Positions 11,738-25,553 are shown, counted from the first letter of the stretch. The stretch: DNA of 64,000 bases from Azolla caroliniana (GCA_043228905.1 JBHGNT010000001.1:372001-436000), one strand, 5' to 3'. Translations and numbers: made by a program. The notes: a model not told the origin generated them from the sequence alone.

Positions 11738-13000
11738 GCATTACTGAAGTATTATTCTCGTTCTATTTTCTTGTGGGGTGCAACATCATGGGGAGTTCTT
11801 CATGGAGATGTTATGAAGTATGAAAGTAGGCATGCTTCTCATGTCTTTCACTTTTCCCACGGACACCTCTATCTCACCTCATTTCCATCTTCTATTCCAC
11901 GGTTTAAAATTGAAAAACTGGTTATTTGGCGTACTATTACGTCATTAGCTCTTTGGATAATATGGAAAGCAAGATGTGATGTTGTTTTTAATGATGATCA
12001 CATACATCTCCGCACCATGCTTATTGAATTGTGGTTGTTATTTGTCCATACACTATGTGGTCAATATGATGATATGTAGAGTTCAATTGACGTTCTATGA
12101 CAACGTCAAGTGGACTTTAAGAAACGATGGCAAGGGCTTCACTTATTTTCAAATACAACTTCTAGTCTGAGGTGGAATTATGCCATACCTTCTTTTCTGT
12201 TGCATAGCTTGTAGTTTTTGCTCCACTTGTTTCTTATATGATATCATTTGTTTGATCAGATTTTGGTATTAGCCTTTGTATCACAATAGAGGTGAGATGA
12301 ATTGTCTCCCTCTGTTTTCTATATGTACATTTCTCAAGTAATCTACTAAGGTGTATCTTTCTTTAAACATAAAAACCCAAAAAGTTTATGCTCCACAAAT
12401 GATGGATCAAATTGGGTCTTAGATCCGGATCCACAAAACATGATTTCTTTTTGGAGGATTTGGATTATGGAAAGGAGACAAATATCTAGATTAACTTGGG
12501 ATCTTGGAGAACTGTATGAACAAGAGGAGGTTGTAGATGCTATTGCTATGAGACATGGTTTGATGCAAAAAAACATTGATACCTTTGATTTCACAAATAG
12601 AGACCGATGAACTTGAAATATGGCAATTGGTAAGCAATATCACAAATTGGTTTATTTGGAAGGTTCGATGTTTGAACGTATTTCAAGATGTGATTGAAAA
12701 CTTGTCTAAATCAATTTTGGGATTTGGACAGAGATTGCGCATAATCTCAAAGGTTTTTTAGATGACATAAAAGGTAATATGCAACAAGTGAAGATCAAAC
12801 GATCGAATTTTCATGCCTCCTAAGATAGAGGCATATTTTATAGATGGATTTTTTATAAGGTGGAGTGGTTCTACTCTACACCAAACTGTTTATTTAAGTT
12901 GACGGTTAGAATTTAGAAAAGGGGCTCATCACTGAAAGGTACATCTTGTATGTATACGAATTTAGTATCTATTTTTGGAAAAAAAAGAAAGGGAAAAAGA
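11738..13000 (+). mobile_element. Degenerate L1-type LINE 3' fragments (two ORF2 C-terminal remnants)
   Basis: WRTITSLALWIIWKARCDVVF and IWQLVSNITNWFIWKVRC match the L1 ORF2 W..W..R motif. A-rich tail at 12979-13003; degenerate flanking duplication AAGTT....CCACTT at 11721-11737 and 13001-13017. Confidence 0.65.
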
Positions 13001-13363
13001 AAGTTGATGTCCCACTTAATTGAGAACATTATTTTTGCTTCGGAATCATTTGTCATGCTTGGTTTTTGGTCACGTAGTATATTGTTTCCTAATACACGTG
13101 GATCTCAGTTCGTTAGATTGATTGAGCATGAAAATCACAATCCATTTTGGTTTTTATAAGTTCTTCTTTGACTTTTTTGGTATTAACAGACAATGGCTTA
13201 ATTATCGTATCCAAAATACACTTTTGTTTGATGGGTAGAGTGGAGCCATTCAACATGCAATGTTCGTTGATATGGCAATTCTTGAGAAAAAATGGATCAT
13301 TAACATCAGAAGTGGGTTAATAATAGAAATTTTGAAGGTTGATTTGACGTTAATTAATGATGA

Positions 13364-13432
13364 TGTCACAGTAATCCGCGTATATGTGTTGGAACGGGGC
13401 GGGACCACCGAGGTCTTGAACGAGGGAGCCAG
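13364..13432 (-). mobile_element. U5 end of a TGTCG-group LTR, interrupted by the 13433-14068 solo LTR
   Basis: Minus strand CTCGTTCAAGACCTCGGTGGTCCCGCCCC...GTGACA shares the U5 motif with 1888-1945. Confidence 0.65.
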
Positions 13433-14068
13433 TGTCGTGAAGATTTTCGGCAACGGTGTGAAAATCGTGTGGAACAAACAAAATCGAGTAAGTGTAATGT
13501 GCACTCAAACATTTGTAAATAAAATAAGACTAAAGCCTAGTAACCTTTGAGTCCATACAAAGGGGTGCAAGTAAGGCTTGAACCTTGCACCTCCAAGATA
13601 AGAGACGAATGAACTTACCACTAAAGCCACTACTAAGTGTTTTAGATTTTGTATATTTTCTTTTTGTATTCAATATTCCGTAGGAAGCAAACATATAGAA
13701 TCCGTGGGCACAAAACCATGGATACAGCCCATGGTTTTAGCCCGTGGGTTTAGCCCATGGTTTTTGCATGGAGAGACCTATAAAAGCCTATAGTTGGGCT
13801 TGTGTAAGGGGGGCAGGTGATGTAAGTAAAAAAAAGAAACTTTTAATCAAAGATCGAAGTTATCCTAATGGTGTTGTATCTTGTCTCATAAAACTAAATT
13901 CAAGGGTTCAATCTCTATCTCAATCTCTCTCTCTCTCTCTCTCTCTCTTCATCCATCTATCTATCTTCAATACTTTCTCGCTTACGCTGCTAAAAACATC
14001 GAATCCTTCCGGTCCAGGACCCCGGTGGTCCCGCTTCATTTCGCAAACACGCGAGGATTTCCTTGACA
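13433..14068 (+). mobile_element. Solo LTR (TGTCGTGAAG...TGACA) with 4-bp TSD CCAG/CCGG
   Basis: Termini, CCTATAAAA box, CT microsatellite and U5 motif GTCCAGGACCCCGGTGGTCCCGC; 5' end nearly identical to the minus-strand LTR starting at 24630. Confidence 0.82.
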
Positions 14069-17000
14069 CCGGTAAGTGAGAGAGAGAGAGAGAGAGAGAG
14101 AACTCAAGATTACAGAGAAAACAGAAAATTGTATTACAAGGAAAACAAAAAACACAAATGACCAACGTTACAAAGACTCTCTCTAGACACGAAGGAGAAT
14201 GTGCTTATGTAATCACCTTCTCTCTAGATTTTCTTACTAGAGACGCCTCTTGGGAAAGAGGTCAAGTCTTAACTACTTAAAGAATACGTGCCATAGAACA
14301 TTAACTTCTATGACACACTAGTTACTATACAAGGAGGTGGGATGGTCACACACTTGAGTATCCTAGAGTGGTTCCCACACACGGGAAGTTGACTTTGATT
14401 CTCAACACGTCCCTACAAACACAACTTTCGGTCATCGGATGGTTGGTTCAAATTGGTCTTCGGGTCGGTTTTGAATTGACTATGGTTCACTTCTACTGCT
14501 CCTCGCTCCCCCTCAAGCTCGACTGGTTGACAGTCGAAAGACCCAAGTCTGTCATGAACTGCCGCAAATTGTCGACTCCGAGTGCCTTCGTGAAGATGTT
14601 GGTTGTCTATAGGGTTGTACTTATGTGTTGTAGGTGGATATCTTCTGCGATGACACGTTCTTGGATGAAATGGTAGTGCACCTCAATGTGCTTAGTCTGA
14701 GCGTGGAAGACAGGGTTCCGAGCGAGGTAAATATTACTTAGGTTGTCGTAGTAGAGGAGAATCAGATCCTTGATGGAAACATCCAGATCCATCAAGATTC
14801 TCTTGAGCCAAACATTTCACATGCGGCGACGACCGCGCCCCTGTATTCGGCTTCGGTGCTCGACAGTGCGATTGGCGGTTGCTTTTTGCTACTCCAGGTG
14901 ATGGTTCCGTTGCCAAGGGAGAAGATGAACCATGAGGTTGATTGTCTGTCGGCTTTGTAGCCTGCCCAATCGGCATTTGTGTGCCCTTCGAGTCGTATTG
15001 GTGTGGCCGATTTGTAGAGAATGCCGAAATCCATGGTTCCACTCACATACCTTAGCACTTGCTTAACATAGTCGAGATGGATGTCTCATGGAGTTTGCAT
15101 AAACTGGCTAAGGAGACCGACCGAGTAACTCAGGTCGGGTCGGGTGATTGTGAGGTAGATGAGGCTTTCGACTAGTTGTTGATAGAGAGTCGGCTCACAC
15201 TCTCTTGTGCCTGAAACGGTATCTAGCTTTAGATTTTGATCGAAAGGGGTAGTCATGGGCTTACACTATGTCATCCCAAACTTGTAGAGAAGATTGAGGA
15301 TATAGTGCCTTTGAGAAAGCATGATGTTGTCAGGACTCCGAATTACTTCTATTCCTAGAAAGTAATGAAGCTCCTTCATATGTTTCATTTCAAATCGACT
15401 AGAGAGGAGGTTCTTGATGTGCTCAATATCTGCTAAATGCTCTCCTCCTATGACCAAGTCATCCACATAAATGATGATATATATTTGTCCTCTGGAGTCG
15501 CTCCGGATGAACAGAGAGAAGTTGGAGTTGGACATGTTGAAGCTGATTTGATGAAGATATTGCGTTATCTTCGAATGCCATGCTCTCGGTGCCTGCTTGA
15601 GACTGTAGACAGGCTTTTTGAGTGGAAAAATAGCAGTTGGATGCGTAGTCAACCCGAATCCGGACGGTTGTGTCATGTACACCTCCTCTTCTAGCTTGCC
15701 TTGGAGGAAGGCGTTCTTCACATCCATTTGGTGGAGGTGCCACCCTTTTGTTGCTGTAAACGCGACCACGGTTCGAATTGTAGTCATATTTGCCACCGAG
15801 GCAAAGGTCTCTTCGTAATCCACATTATGCGTCTATGCGTAGCCCTTTGCCACAAGCTGGGCCTTCTACTGATTGATAGTGTCGTTAGCATTGTGCTTCA
15901 CTCTGAAGATCCACCGACATCTAGTTGCCTTTTGGTGGTGTGTAGAAGGGACGAGATCCCATGTCTTGTTCTTGGAGAGTGCTTGCATTTCCTCATTCAT
16001 CGCGTCGACCCATCTAGGGTCGGAAAAGGTTTTTGGTTCTCAAATTGTCACCACCTTCATCATGCATGCATAATGATATGCCATGTAGTTGTTGTAGCTG
16101 AATCGGTTGACTACATTCTTTTCTTGGGTGGAGCGAGGTGGTGCTCCTCGTGTCCTCATGGGGGGACATCCAAGACACCATACTCATTGTCGTATGAGTG
16201 AGTCGATTCATTTCAATCTGAGTGTTCCTACTCAAGCATTTTGGCCTTACCTTTGGCATCCATCTTTGAACTTGGCTGTGACGTGCTTTTGTCGCTTGCA
16301 AGCTCTTATGGTCCACTCAACCTGGTTGAGATCGGACTTTCCTCTCATGTGAGCCTCGGTCAATCATCCTCCTCCGCATCTGTGTCGAACTCGGTTTAGA
16401 CTGCGTCGGATTGGGCTGATTCGACTATATACCAACATGTTGATTCGTCGAATACGACATCCCTACCCACTCGTACCTTTTTGGTTGAGGGGTTGAAGCA
16501 CTTATACCCCTTTTGTTCGAGCGAGTACCCCACGATGATGCATTTCTCCGACTTGGGATCTAGCTTTTGCCGCTTTTGGTCGGGGATGTGCACGTATGCA
16601 ATCGAGCGAATATCCTGACGTGGGATAGGTCCAGTTTTATACCATAGAACTTCTTTTGAGGGGTGAGATCGTGCACTCCAGAAGTTGTGCATTGATTCAT
16701 TAAATAGACGGTCGGATTCGCCGCTTTAGCCCAATATGATTTTGGAAGATGTTTCTCGTTCATCATTACCTTTGTTACCTCGAGTATGTGCCGGTTCTTG
16801 CATTCAGCTACTTCATTCTACCGAGGTTTGTGTCCGCAAGTAAACTCCCGTCGGATTCCTTCCTGTCGAAGGTATGTTGTGAAGGCATCTGAAGTACTCT
16901 TTGTTGTTGTATGATCGAAGGCATCGTACATGATGATTGGTTGCCTTTTCGACTTCATTCTTGAATTTCTGGAAGTGCGGGAACACTTTACTCTTCTGGT

Positions 17001-17130
17001 GCATGGGATAAATCCAAGTATGTCTGGAGAAGTCGTCGATGAACGTTACGTAGTACCAGCAACCACCAAATGTTGTCGTCTAGGCTAGTCCCCATACCTC
17101 TGAATGTATTACACTAAGGATCCTTTTGCT

Positions 17131-17743
17131 TAATATTGCACAGTTGAAGACAACCATAGATTGTTTCTCTCAAAGAGTGATTGTGTTACCCGAAAAGTGG
17201 GGAAGTGTCGGAGTCGGAAATGAAGAAGGTTCGGAGTCAGAGTCGGATTCAGATCGGTATAGAGGATCGATGAGTCAACATCTGGCCGAAGTAAATTAAA
17301 ATGGAAATTATAAGTTAGTTAAAGATTTTGTAGTTATTGCCATGTTTAACAATATATTTTCTTGATGAGGAAGTCCTTCCAGTTGCCTATAAAAGGAACC
17401 GAAGGCAGTGTAAAGAACTATCGTTTTATTTAGTAATATAAAGTTAGTTTAGGAAATCTCTGTGTACAAAACGCTCTGTCAATCTATTTCCTTTCTGTTA
17501 TAAATTATTATGTAAATAGCGATCTCGTCGCCTATTGAACATCGATAAGTTTACAACCCTTTTTAGTATCTATTCGTCTAAACCAAAATTCATTGATATC
17601 AACATTCGACCTATACTGTGTCGGCAATAGTTATTGTCGACCGAACAACAGATTGAAGAAGTAGAATTTATGAAAATCATGGAAGAATGTGAAGTTAATA
17701 GAAGACTATGTGGTTGTGTGAATGCTACACTGAGGTGGGGATG
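17131..17743 (+). mobile_element. ~610-bp insertion with an LTR-like core (~17205-17604, TGTCGG...TCAACA) preceded by a purine tract
   Basis: Interrupts the host Copia between FPKER and the HS.VWG integrase motif; AAAAGTGGGGAAG before TG; CCTATAAAAG box. Confidence 0.5.
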
Positions 17744-18158
17744 CTCCTCTCCTTTGGGAACGGTTATCAGTGTTGTTTGCTGAATTGGCACGCTTCGCAC
17801 ACGCATGCAGTTTCCTTTTCGGTAAAAGTCGGGAGTCTGATGACGACTCCATTAGATTGCATTCCTTTGAGCTTTTGGAGGTTGATGTGGCCTATTCTCT
17901 TATGCCACAACTCTATGTCGATGTTGGCTATTTGGCCCTAGGTATACATTGCCGATTACATCTCGTGAGAGCCGAGGATGAACATCTGACCTTCTCTCCA
18001 ATTGCCAGCGATAAGACAGTTTTCTTTTTCGATGAAACATCCTCCATCATTGAAGCAGACTTGCATGCCTTGTTCGACTATTTGGCCAACTGAGACCAAG
18101 TTCTTTGTTATTGTCGGAACATGAAAAACGTTCTTGATGTAGGTTTGGCTGCCAACTT

Positions 18159-21100
18159 TGTCGAATACCAATGTATAATGGACGTATTCACACTATCCTC
18201 TTAGAGAGCCCAAGTTCGGGCTATTTCTATAAATAACATAAAGGGCAGTCGCCCTAAGTGAGTCACTATATAAAGTGACTTTGTAACCTTTTGTAAAGGT
18301 TGGTTGTTCATTGTTGTAGTTGTTGCCCCTTTTAAGAATATAGATATATTCGTTGTGCCTCTCTCTCTCTCTCTCTCTCTCTCTGTACGTATATTGTTCT
18401 TGCCTCTCTCATACGCAGGTAATTCTTCCTCACAGATTCATACTGTGTGATCTCTTCCGCACTGACGGCCTTGTTCATTCCCTACATTTGGTATCAGAGC
18501 TTGGATGTCCTTCATCCCGTTGCCGGCCGCCATTCGAATCTTTGGATCACAACATTCTGTTTTTTTCTGTTTTGTATTTGAAGAAACACAGAAGAGAGAA
18601 GAAGAAGAAGAATGAGGCTTGCATCTCATCGTGCTAGATCATCTTCGCTTGGAGTAAGCCAGCCGGCTATACTCTGTTCTTCGTGATCGTAACTGCTCGA
18701 GGTGAAATCCCCTTGTGCAACATTGACACGATCGTGCTCCACTCGGTTAAACGGCATCCGAACAGGTCACCGAACGTTGCTCGCCGCCCGTTGTAACCAC
18801 TCGGTGCAGATCGGTCTCAAGACAACAACCCCAATTCGTGCTTCATCCGGCTGATCGACATTCGGGAGGATCAATTGGATCCGTCTCTCTCGTCGCTGCA
18901 GTCACCCGAAGCAGAATCGGTCCAGACAATCGGTTTCAATAATCGGTATTTTGCATATATATTCGGAAGCGAACCGGGCTCACTCCGACTCGGCAACATT
19001 CGGGAAGACCAATCGGTTCTGTCCCTCAAGTTACCGGAGTCAACTCGAGCAAGTTCAACAATACATATATCCAAAACCGAACCGACTCGGGTTCAAATCC
19101 GACTAGAACGATATCGGGTGAGCCGACCGACTGCACTCCAACAAAGTTCGTAGTCAACTCCGAACCGAGCTTCGTCAACCGAAACCGAATCTGATGGCAT
19201 CAACATCCGGCTCATCGAAAATGAGTCTAAGGAGGTTCGACGGTTCGAACTTCAATTTTTGGAAGGAGCAAATGCAGGACTATCTTATAGTCAAGGGTCA
19301 GGTCGATCCAGAAATATACAAGGCAAATGAGTGGCAGAAGCTGGACAGAATCGTCTGCGCCACGATTCGGATGCACCTGTAAGATTCGGTGTACTTCACA
19401 GTGCAATCGTGCACGACAACCTTCGAACTTTGGAAGAAGCTGTCGGAAACCTACGAAAAGAAGGTCGCGTCAACGAAGATGTATTTGATCCGGCGCCTCT
19501 ACAACTTGCGGATGAAAGACTGCGATTCGGTTCAGGCACACATTAACGAGTACGAAAGTTTGAGCTCCCAAATCTTGTCACAGAGGGAACCTCCTGCTTG
19601 CTAGAGGATCAAAGGTACACTCATTGTACCCTTTGTATGTCACACTCAGAGAGGGTGACTTATTTCTGGTAGATATCCATGTGTCATCCTTATGGCATGG
19701 ACGACTTGGACACCTCAACAAGGCCGGCATCACGCACCTATCCAGAGCTGGATACATCCCGAAACTCTCCTTCTCGAACCATTAGTTTTGCGAGCAATGA
19801 CAGTACGGCAAACAGGTAGCCGCATCACACCCGACATCAGCACCAAGAGAGTCGAGCCCGCTCGATTTGGTCCACTCGGACGTCTGTGGCCCGATGCCAC
19901 ATCAGTCACTCGGTGGTGCCTCATACTTCGTCAGTTTCATTGACAACTCGACTCGGAAGGTGTGGGCTTACCCCATCAGAACCAAAGATCGGGTGTTCTC
20001 AATCTTCTCAGATTGGCTCGCAATGGTCGAAAACCAGACCGGTCGGAAACTGAAGTGTCTCCGAACCGACAATGGAGGTGAGTTCAAATCTGGTGAATTC
20101 GTCAAATTTTGTCGAGAACGCGGCATTAGACGTGAATATACGGCACCATATAGTCCGGAGCAGAACGGAATCGCAGAACGCATGAATCGGACGATTCAAG
20201 AACGCGCTATATCCATGCTCCAACACTCCGGACTGTCGGATGGCTTATGGGTAGAGGCTCTACTCACAGCAGTACATATAATCAATACGTCGCCAAGTAG
20301 ACCTCTAGGACTTAAGATACCTCAGGAAATATGGACCGGAAGAAAGCCGAATTATGATAAGCTGAGGATTTTCGGTTGCGAGGCATACGCCCTCATACCG
20401 AAAGACGAACGCCGAAAACTCGAACCGAGATCAAGGAAATGCGTTTTCCTCGGGTATGGACCCGACGGCGAGATCGGATACCGACTCTGGGACCCCGACC
20501 AGAGCCAAATCAACCGAAGTTCGGATGTCGTGTTCAACGAGTCAACTATGCACAAAACTGCCGAAAGGCCTATTGAAGTCCGAAGGGTAATATTTTCCAA
20601 AGTGCCAACCCTTCATGACGGCCCAACACACAACATGAGATCGGTTTCACAGGTAACCGACTTCTCTCGCACCGAATCCACAGATTCGGTACAGCCGAAT
20701 GGCTCGGCTTCCGACCATCTGACATCGACACCCAGTGCGACCAGTCCAGTCATACCTCGAAGATCCGAGAGACTGTCGCAACCTCTGGAGAGGTACTCTC
20801 CCGGAATTTTCTTCACCGACGCCGGCGAACCGACGTCCTACGAAGAAGCATCGGCAGCTACCGATTCAGCCACCTGGCATCTGGCAATGGAGTCGGAAAT
20901 GCACTCCATCCGCGCCAACAAGGCTTGGGATCTGGTCGACTTACCGAAGAATCGACGTTCTCTTCCTTGCAAGTGGGTCTATAGACTAAAGGAGACGTTC
21001 GACTCGACCACCCCAAAGTACAAGGCCAGATTAGTTGCGAAGGGATTTCGACAGGAATATGGCGTCGACTTCGACGAAATCTTTTCACCAGTGGTGAAAA

Positions 21101-22793
21101 TGACAACCCTTCGTTTCATGCTCGGTGTTGTGGCTGCCGACAATTTGGATTCAGCTAGATGTGAAAACGACATTCCTCCACGGTGATCTAAAGGAGGAAA
21201 TCTACATGGAGCAGCCGAAAGGCTTTGTGGCCACCGGTCAGGAACATCTAGTCTGCCGACTCAGGAAGAGTCTTTACGGCCTGAAACAGGCACCTCGACA
21301 GTGGTACAAGAAGTTCGACGATTGCATCCAGTCGGTCGGCTTCTCCAAGAGCGATGAGGACCACTGCCTCTTCACCAAAACAGCTCAAGACGGTTCTCCC
21401 GTCTTCCTCATCATCTACGTGGACGACATGCTACTCTCCGGTCGGCATACCGGAGAGATCACCGAACTCGTTCGGAAACTGCGATTGAAGTTTGCCATGA
21501 AGGACCTTGGTCCGGCAAGACACATACTCGGAATGAAGATTAGTCGGAATCGCGCCAAAAGACAGCTTTTTCTGTCTCAAACCGACTACATCGGACGTGT
21601 CTTGGAACGCTTCAACATGCAATCGACCAAGTCTGCTTCGACCCCGCTCCCCATTCATCTTCGGCTTTCTCAGCGAGACTGCCCGACATCCGGTCCGGAG
21701 GGGGAAGATATGAAGTCAGTACCGTATGCACCGGTAGTAGGCTCTCTGATGTACGCGATGGTCGCGACACGGCCTGATATTTCTCACGACGTAGGAGTCA
21801 TCAATAGATTTATGCACAATCTCGGTCGATCGCACTGGAACGCAGTCAAGCATGTGTTCAGATATTTAGTTGGCACAAAAGACCACGACATCCTTTTCGG
21901 TCCAAACTCAACTTTAGGCGTAGTCGGTTACACCGACTCGGACTTCGTCGACTGTGTAGACAGTCGCAAATCAACAACCGGATATTGCTTTAAATTCGGC
22001 AATGGAGCAATCTCGTGGAAGTCGAAACTCCAGGAGGGCACAACCACCTCAACGACCGAAGCAGAATATGTAGTTGCCTCCGACGCAGCGAAAGAAGCTT
22101 TATGGCTCGGTCGGCTGGCGCACACGTTTCGGCAAGTCGACTCCGACTCGGCTCTAGTTGTCTACAGCGACAGTCAGAGTGTCGTTGCTTTGTCGAAAAA
22201 TCCGGTTCATCACAACGCCTCCAAGCATATCGAAGTTCGATATCACTTTGTTCGAGACTGCGTCATTTTCGAGAAAATCGGTCTAGAGAAGATATCCACA
22301 ACCGATAATGTCGCAGATGGAATGACCAAGTGTCTTTCGGCAGACCGGTTCCGGTCTCTTCGGCAACAGATGGGTGTAACAACATATCAGTCCGGTTGAA
22401 GCCGGACATAGTGTAGGACGGTTTCGAACAACAGACATCGGTTCACTGACGATCGGCTTCAGCCTTTCCGACCCGACCAATTCGGTCTTCTGTCTACGGA
22501 TCATGCCAATTCGAACAAAACCGACCTGTCCGAGAACCTATGCCTATACCTATATTTTTTAGATAACCCATGTATACGCCCATTACAGGGGAGTGTCGAA
22601 TACAAATGTATAATGGACATATTCACACTATCCTCTTAGAGAGCCCAAGTTCGGGCTATTTCTGTAAATAACATAAAGGGGCAGTCGCCCTAAGTGAGTC
22701 ACTATATAAAGTGACTTTGTAACCTTTTGTAAAGGTTGGTTGTTCATTGTTGTAATTGTTGCCCCTTTTAAGAATATAGATATATTCATTGTG

Positions 22794-22846
<53 letters not shown>

Positions 22847-22952
22847 GTGTGTACGTATATTGTTCTTGCCTCTCTCATACGCAGGTAATTCTTCCTCACA
22901 GATTCATACTGTGTGATCTCTTCCGCACTAACGGCCTTGTTCATTCCCTACA
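18159..22952 (+). mobile_element. Ty1/Copia (Tork/Tnt1-like) element with both LTRs and an internal deletion, nested in the opposite orientation; TSD AACTT
   Basis: LTRs 18159-18486 and 22594-22952 (~6 substitutions plus a CT-tract length difference); PBS TGGTATCAGAGC at 18489-18500; PPT ACAGGGGAG; perfect 5-bp TSD at 18154-18158 and 22953-22957. Confidence 0.95.
19194..22399 (+). pseudogene. Copia gag-pol: stop in gag, gag C-terminus and protease deleted, frameshift in RT
   Basis: ORFs 19194..19382 and 19389..19604 (gag), 19867..21186 (INT: VHSDVCGP, TDNGGEF, QNGIAERMNRT) and 21125..22399 (RT YVDD, RNase H). Confidence 0.9.
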
Positions 22953-23455
22953 AACTTCCCCAAATGGGACATTGTCGACATGTTGAATGGGGTGAATTGT
23001 GTCATCCCAAGTTTCCACATACCTGGGTCGTTCGGGCTTTTGTAACTCTTTGAACCAATCCTCATGGGATGTCATGTGGTTGGATGCACTTGAGTCGACA
23101 AACCATGCATCTTCTGGGTTGGAGGTTGTCATTGAGTTTGCTTTGTGCCTCATCACAAACATTCTGCCCCGATTGTCATAGTCGGAGTTGGAGGCGTAGT
23201 TTGTGAGTTGACGGCTTGTGGAGGCTGACTCACTCTTCTTTTTTTAACACTCCACCTCATAGTGGCCGAATTTACCACAATATCCGCACTGAGCGGGGTT
23301 ATTTTGTCGGCTGGGTCCGGCATGATTACTCCACCTTCTTCCAGACGCTCCTCTTCGCTTGTTTGAAACGTCTTGTTGGTAGTAGAAGTTATGTTCTCAG
23401 GGTTGCTCTTGGTTGTGTCGGCCTTGGCCAAATCGGCCTCTTCTTCCACAACCGT

Positions 23456-24630
23456 TGTCGTGAAGATCCGTCACTAGGCGCAGATCGCGAGGCGGAACCG
23501 TCGGGGTTCTAGACCGGAAGGACTCGAAGTTTGCACAAGCTTTAGCGGGAAAGGAATTAAGATAGATTGAAAGAGAGAGAGATTGAGATAAGATAGAACG
23601 CTTGATTTTAGATTGAGAGAGAGATTAAGAACTCTTGACTTTAGATTTCAAGAACAAGGTATATCATGAAAAGGATAACGAATTTTCTTCTTAATATTAA
23701 TTTTGATTTAAAGTACAAAGCTTTCTTTTTCCAAGAAAATCCCCCATTGATCTTTTTCATTCCCTCTTTTATAGATGCCCTCATGCATTTGAGGGTTCAA
23801 GTCATGCATAAAATGTATGTTTGCCATTTGGCGCTCATGTATTACATGTGATGCATGATAACCATGTCACTCATTTTAGCTCTCATGTATAAGAATTTAT
23901 ATGTAAAATTACAATGATAGAAATATAATTTCAATTAAATATTTTGGCTTAGTGGTAAGCCGATTGACTCCTAACTTGGAGGTGCAAGGTTCGAATCCTT
24001 ACTTGCCCTCCTTGTATATGTATATATATTTATATATTTATATATCTAGTCGCCGGATGCCAGTTTTTGGCCGGTTGGCCGGATGTCGTCGCCTCGCCAA
24101 CACCGGTTGCCGCCGCCTTGTCTGCCCGTCAGATGCTGATACCGTTGGATCACCGGCTCCGTCGGATGCCGATTCTGCCGGATCACCGGTTCCGTCGCCG
24201 CCTGACGCCGGCGCATGCCAATCACCGGTTACCATCCAGTTCCGTTTTGGTTGGCCAAAACATTTACAAGTGGCTAGGCCACCTCCACTTTTAGTTTAAG
24301 TTGCCTTGAACTCTCTATGCTCCACACATAGACACAAAGATAATAACTTTTGCTCTACCTTATATATGGTGAGAGCCTTATTTGTCCTGTCTATGTGGGA
24401 TATCTCATAATTTTATCTTTTTCTTTCGCACTTTCTTACCCACATAAGTTGACACTTATATGTTCGTTTCTTATGTAGTAAAGTGCATCTCTTCAAGATC
24501 TTCGTCTTTTATACTAAGATATTAAACTTACTTAGAATTAGTATATTCACTATTATTGTTTTATATGATTGACACTTGATTTTGTACGTTTTATGTGATT
24601 TTCACACCATTGCCGAAAATCTTCACGACA
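23456..24630 (-). mobile_element. Solo LTR with 12-bp perfect inverted termini TGTCGTGAAGAT; 4-bp TSD CCGT/TTGT
   Basis: Splits the host gag in its GRG-rich region; U5 motif at 23490-23520; same 5' end as 13433. Confidence 0.85.
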
Positions 24631-24745
24631 TTGTGTCCTCTTCCTCCATCAAAGCTCGAATAGACCATGTGTCCTTCTTGCGCATTGTTTCTTGTTCTAA
24701 CATGATTCTCCTCGACCAACAACATTGATTGGAGATCGAAGGAGG

Positions 24746-25553
24746 TGACGGGAACTCAACGCTCCTTATGTCCAACGCTCGGCCACAACCGAGATTCTTT
24801 TCATACACAGAAAACGGGAAACAAATGCACGACACAAAGGAGAGAAAAAAAAGGTAGACAGGATGTTTACGTGGAAAACCCAAACTGAGGGAAAAACCAC
24901 GGCAGCCCACAGGCTACAAACTATCACTATATTGGAATGTACAAACAGTGAGTTCACGGAGGCAACGACCTCGTGCTCACGATCTTCGCCACAGGCGGCG
25001 GTTACAACAGAGGCAACGACCTCGTTCTCTCTCTCTCTCAACTTGTACACTGTTACACACTCTCTCTTCTTGCACCAACAAGAAAATGACAACTACTACT
25101 AGAAGTTTGCCCTAAGTCATATTTATACTAATATGACTTTTCGGCTATTTACAAATATAGTCTCGATGGACTCTCAGAAACATATTTACGAATATGTCTC
25201 TTGATCCGGTTCTCACCGGGTCTGTACCATCCGGCTCTCCGTAGCCGGGTACTCCTCATCCGGTTCATACCGGGTCTGCACCATCCGGCTCTCCGTAGCC
25301 GGGTACTCCTCATCCGGTTCATACCGGGTTTGCACCATCCGGCTCTCCGTAGCCGGGTACTCCTCATCCGGTTCATACCGGGTCTGCACCATCTGGCTCT
25401 CCGTAGCCGGGTACTCCTCATCCGATTCATATCGGGTTTGCACCATCCGGCTCTCCGTAGCCGGGTACTCCTCATACGGTTTCGGCCTCGGCCGAGCTTG
25501 TTCATCAGCATTGTTCTTCTCCCTTCCCATCCGGAGGGACCTGTCTCCCAACA
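24746..25553 (-). mobile_element. Copia solo LTR (808 bp), TSD GGAGG
   Basis: TGTTGGG...CCCGTCA termini; GGAGG at 24741-24745 and 25554-25558; homologous to LTRs 668-1336 and 50822-51441. Confidence 0.93.
25206..25477. repeat. Five 54-bp tandem repeats in LTR U3
   Basis: Unit CCGGTTCATACCGGGTCTGCACCATCCGGCTCTCCGTAGCCGGGTACTCCTCAT; gives an 18-aa periodicity in the ORF track. Confidence 0.92.

Noticed and set aside
23945-24010. Functional tRNA gene
   Set aside because: A/B boxes are present, but no convincing acceptor or anticodon stems; kept only as a tRNA-like cassette.
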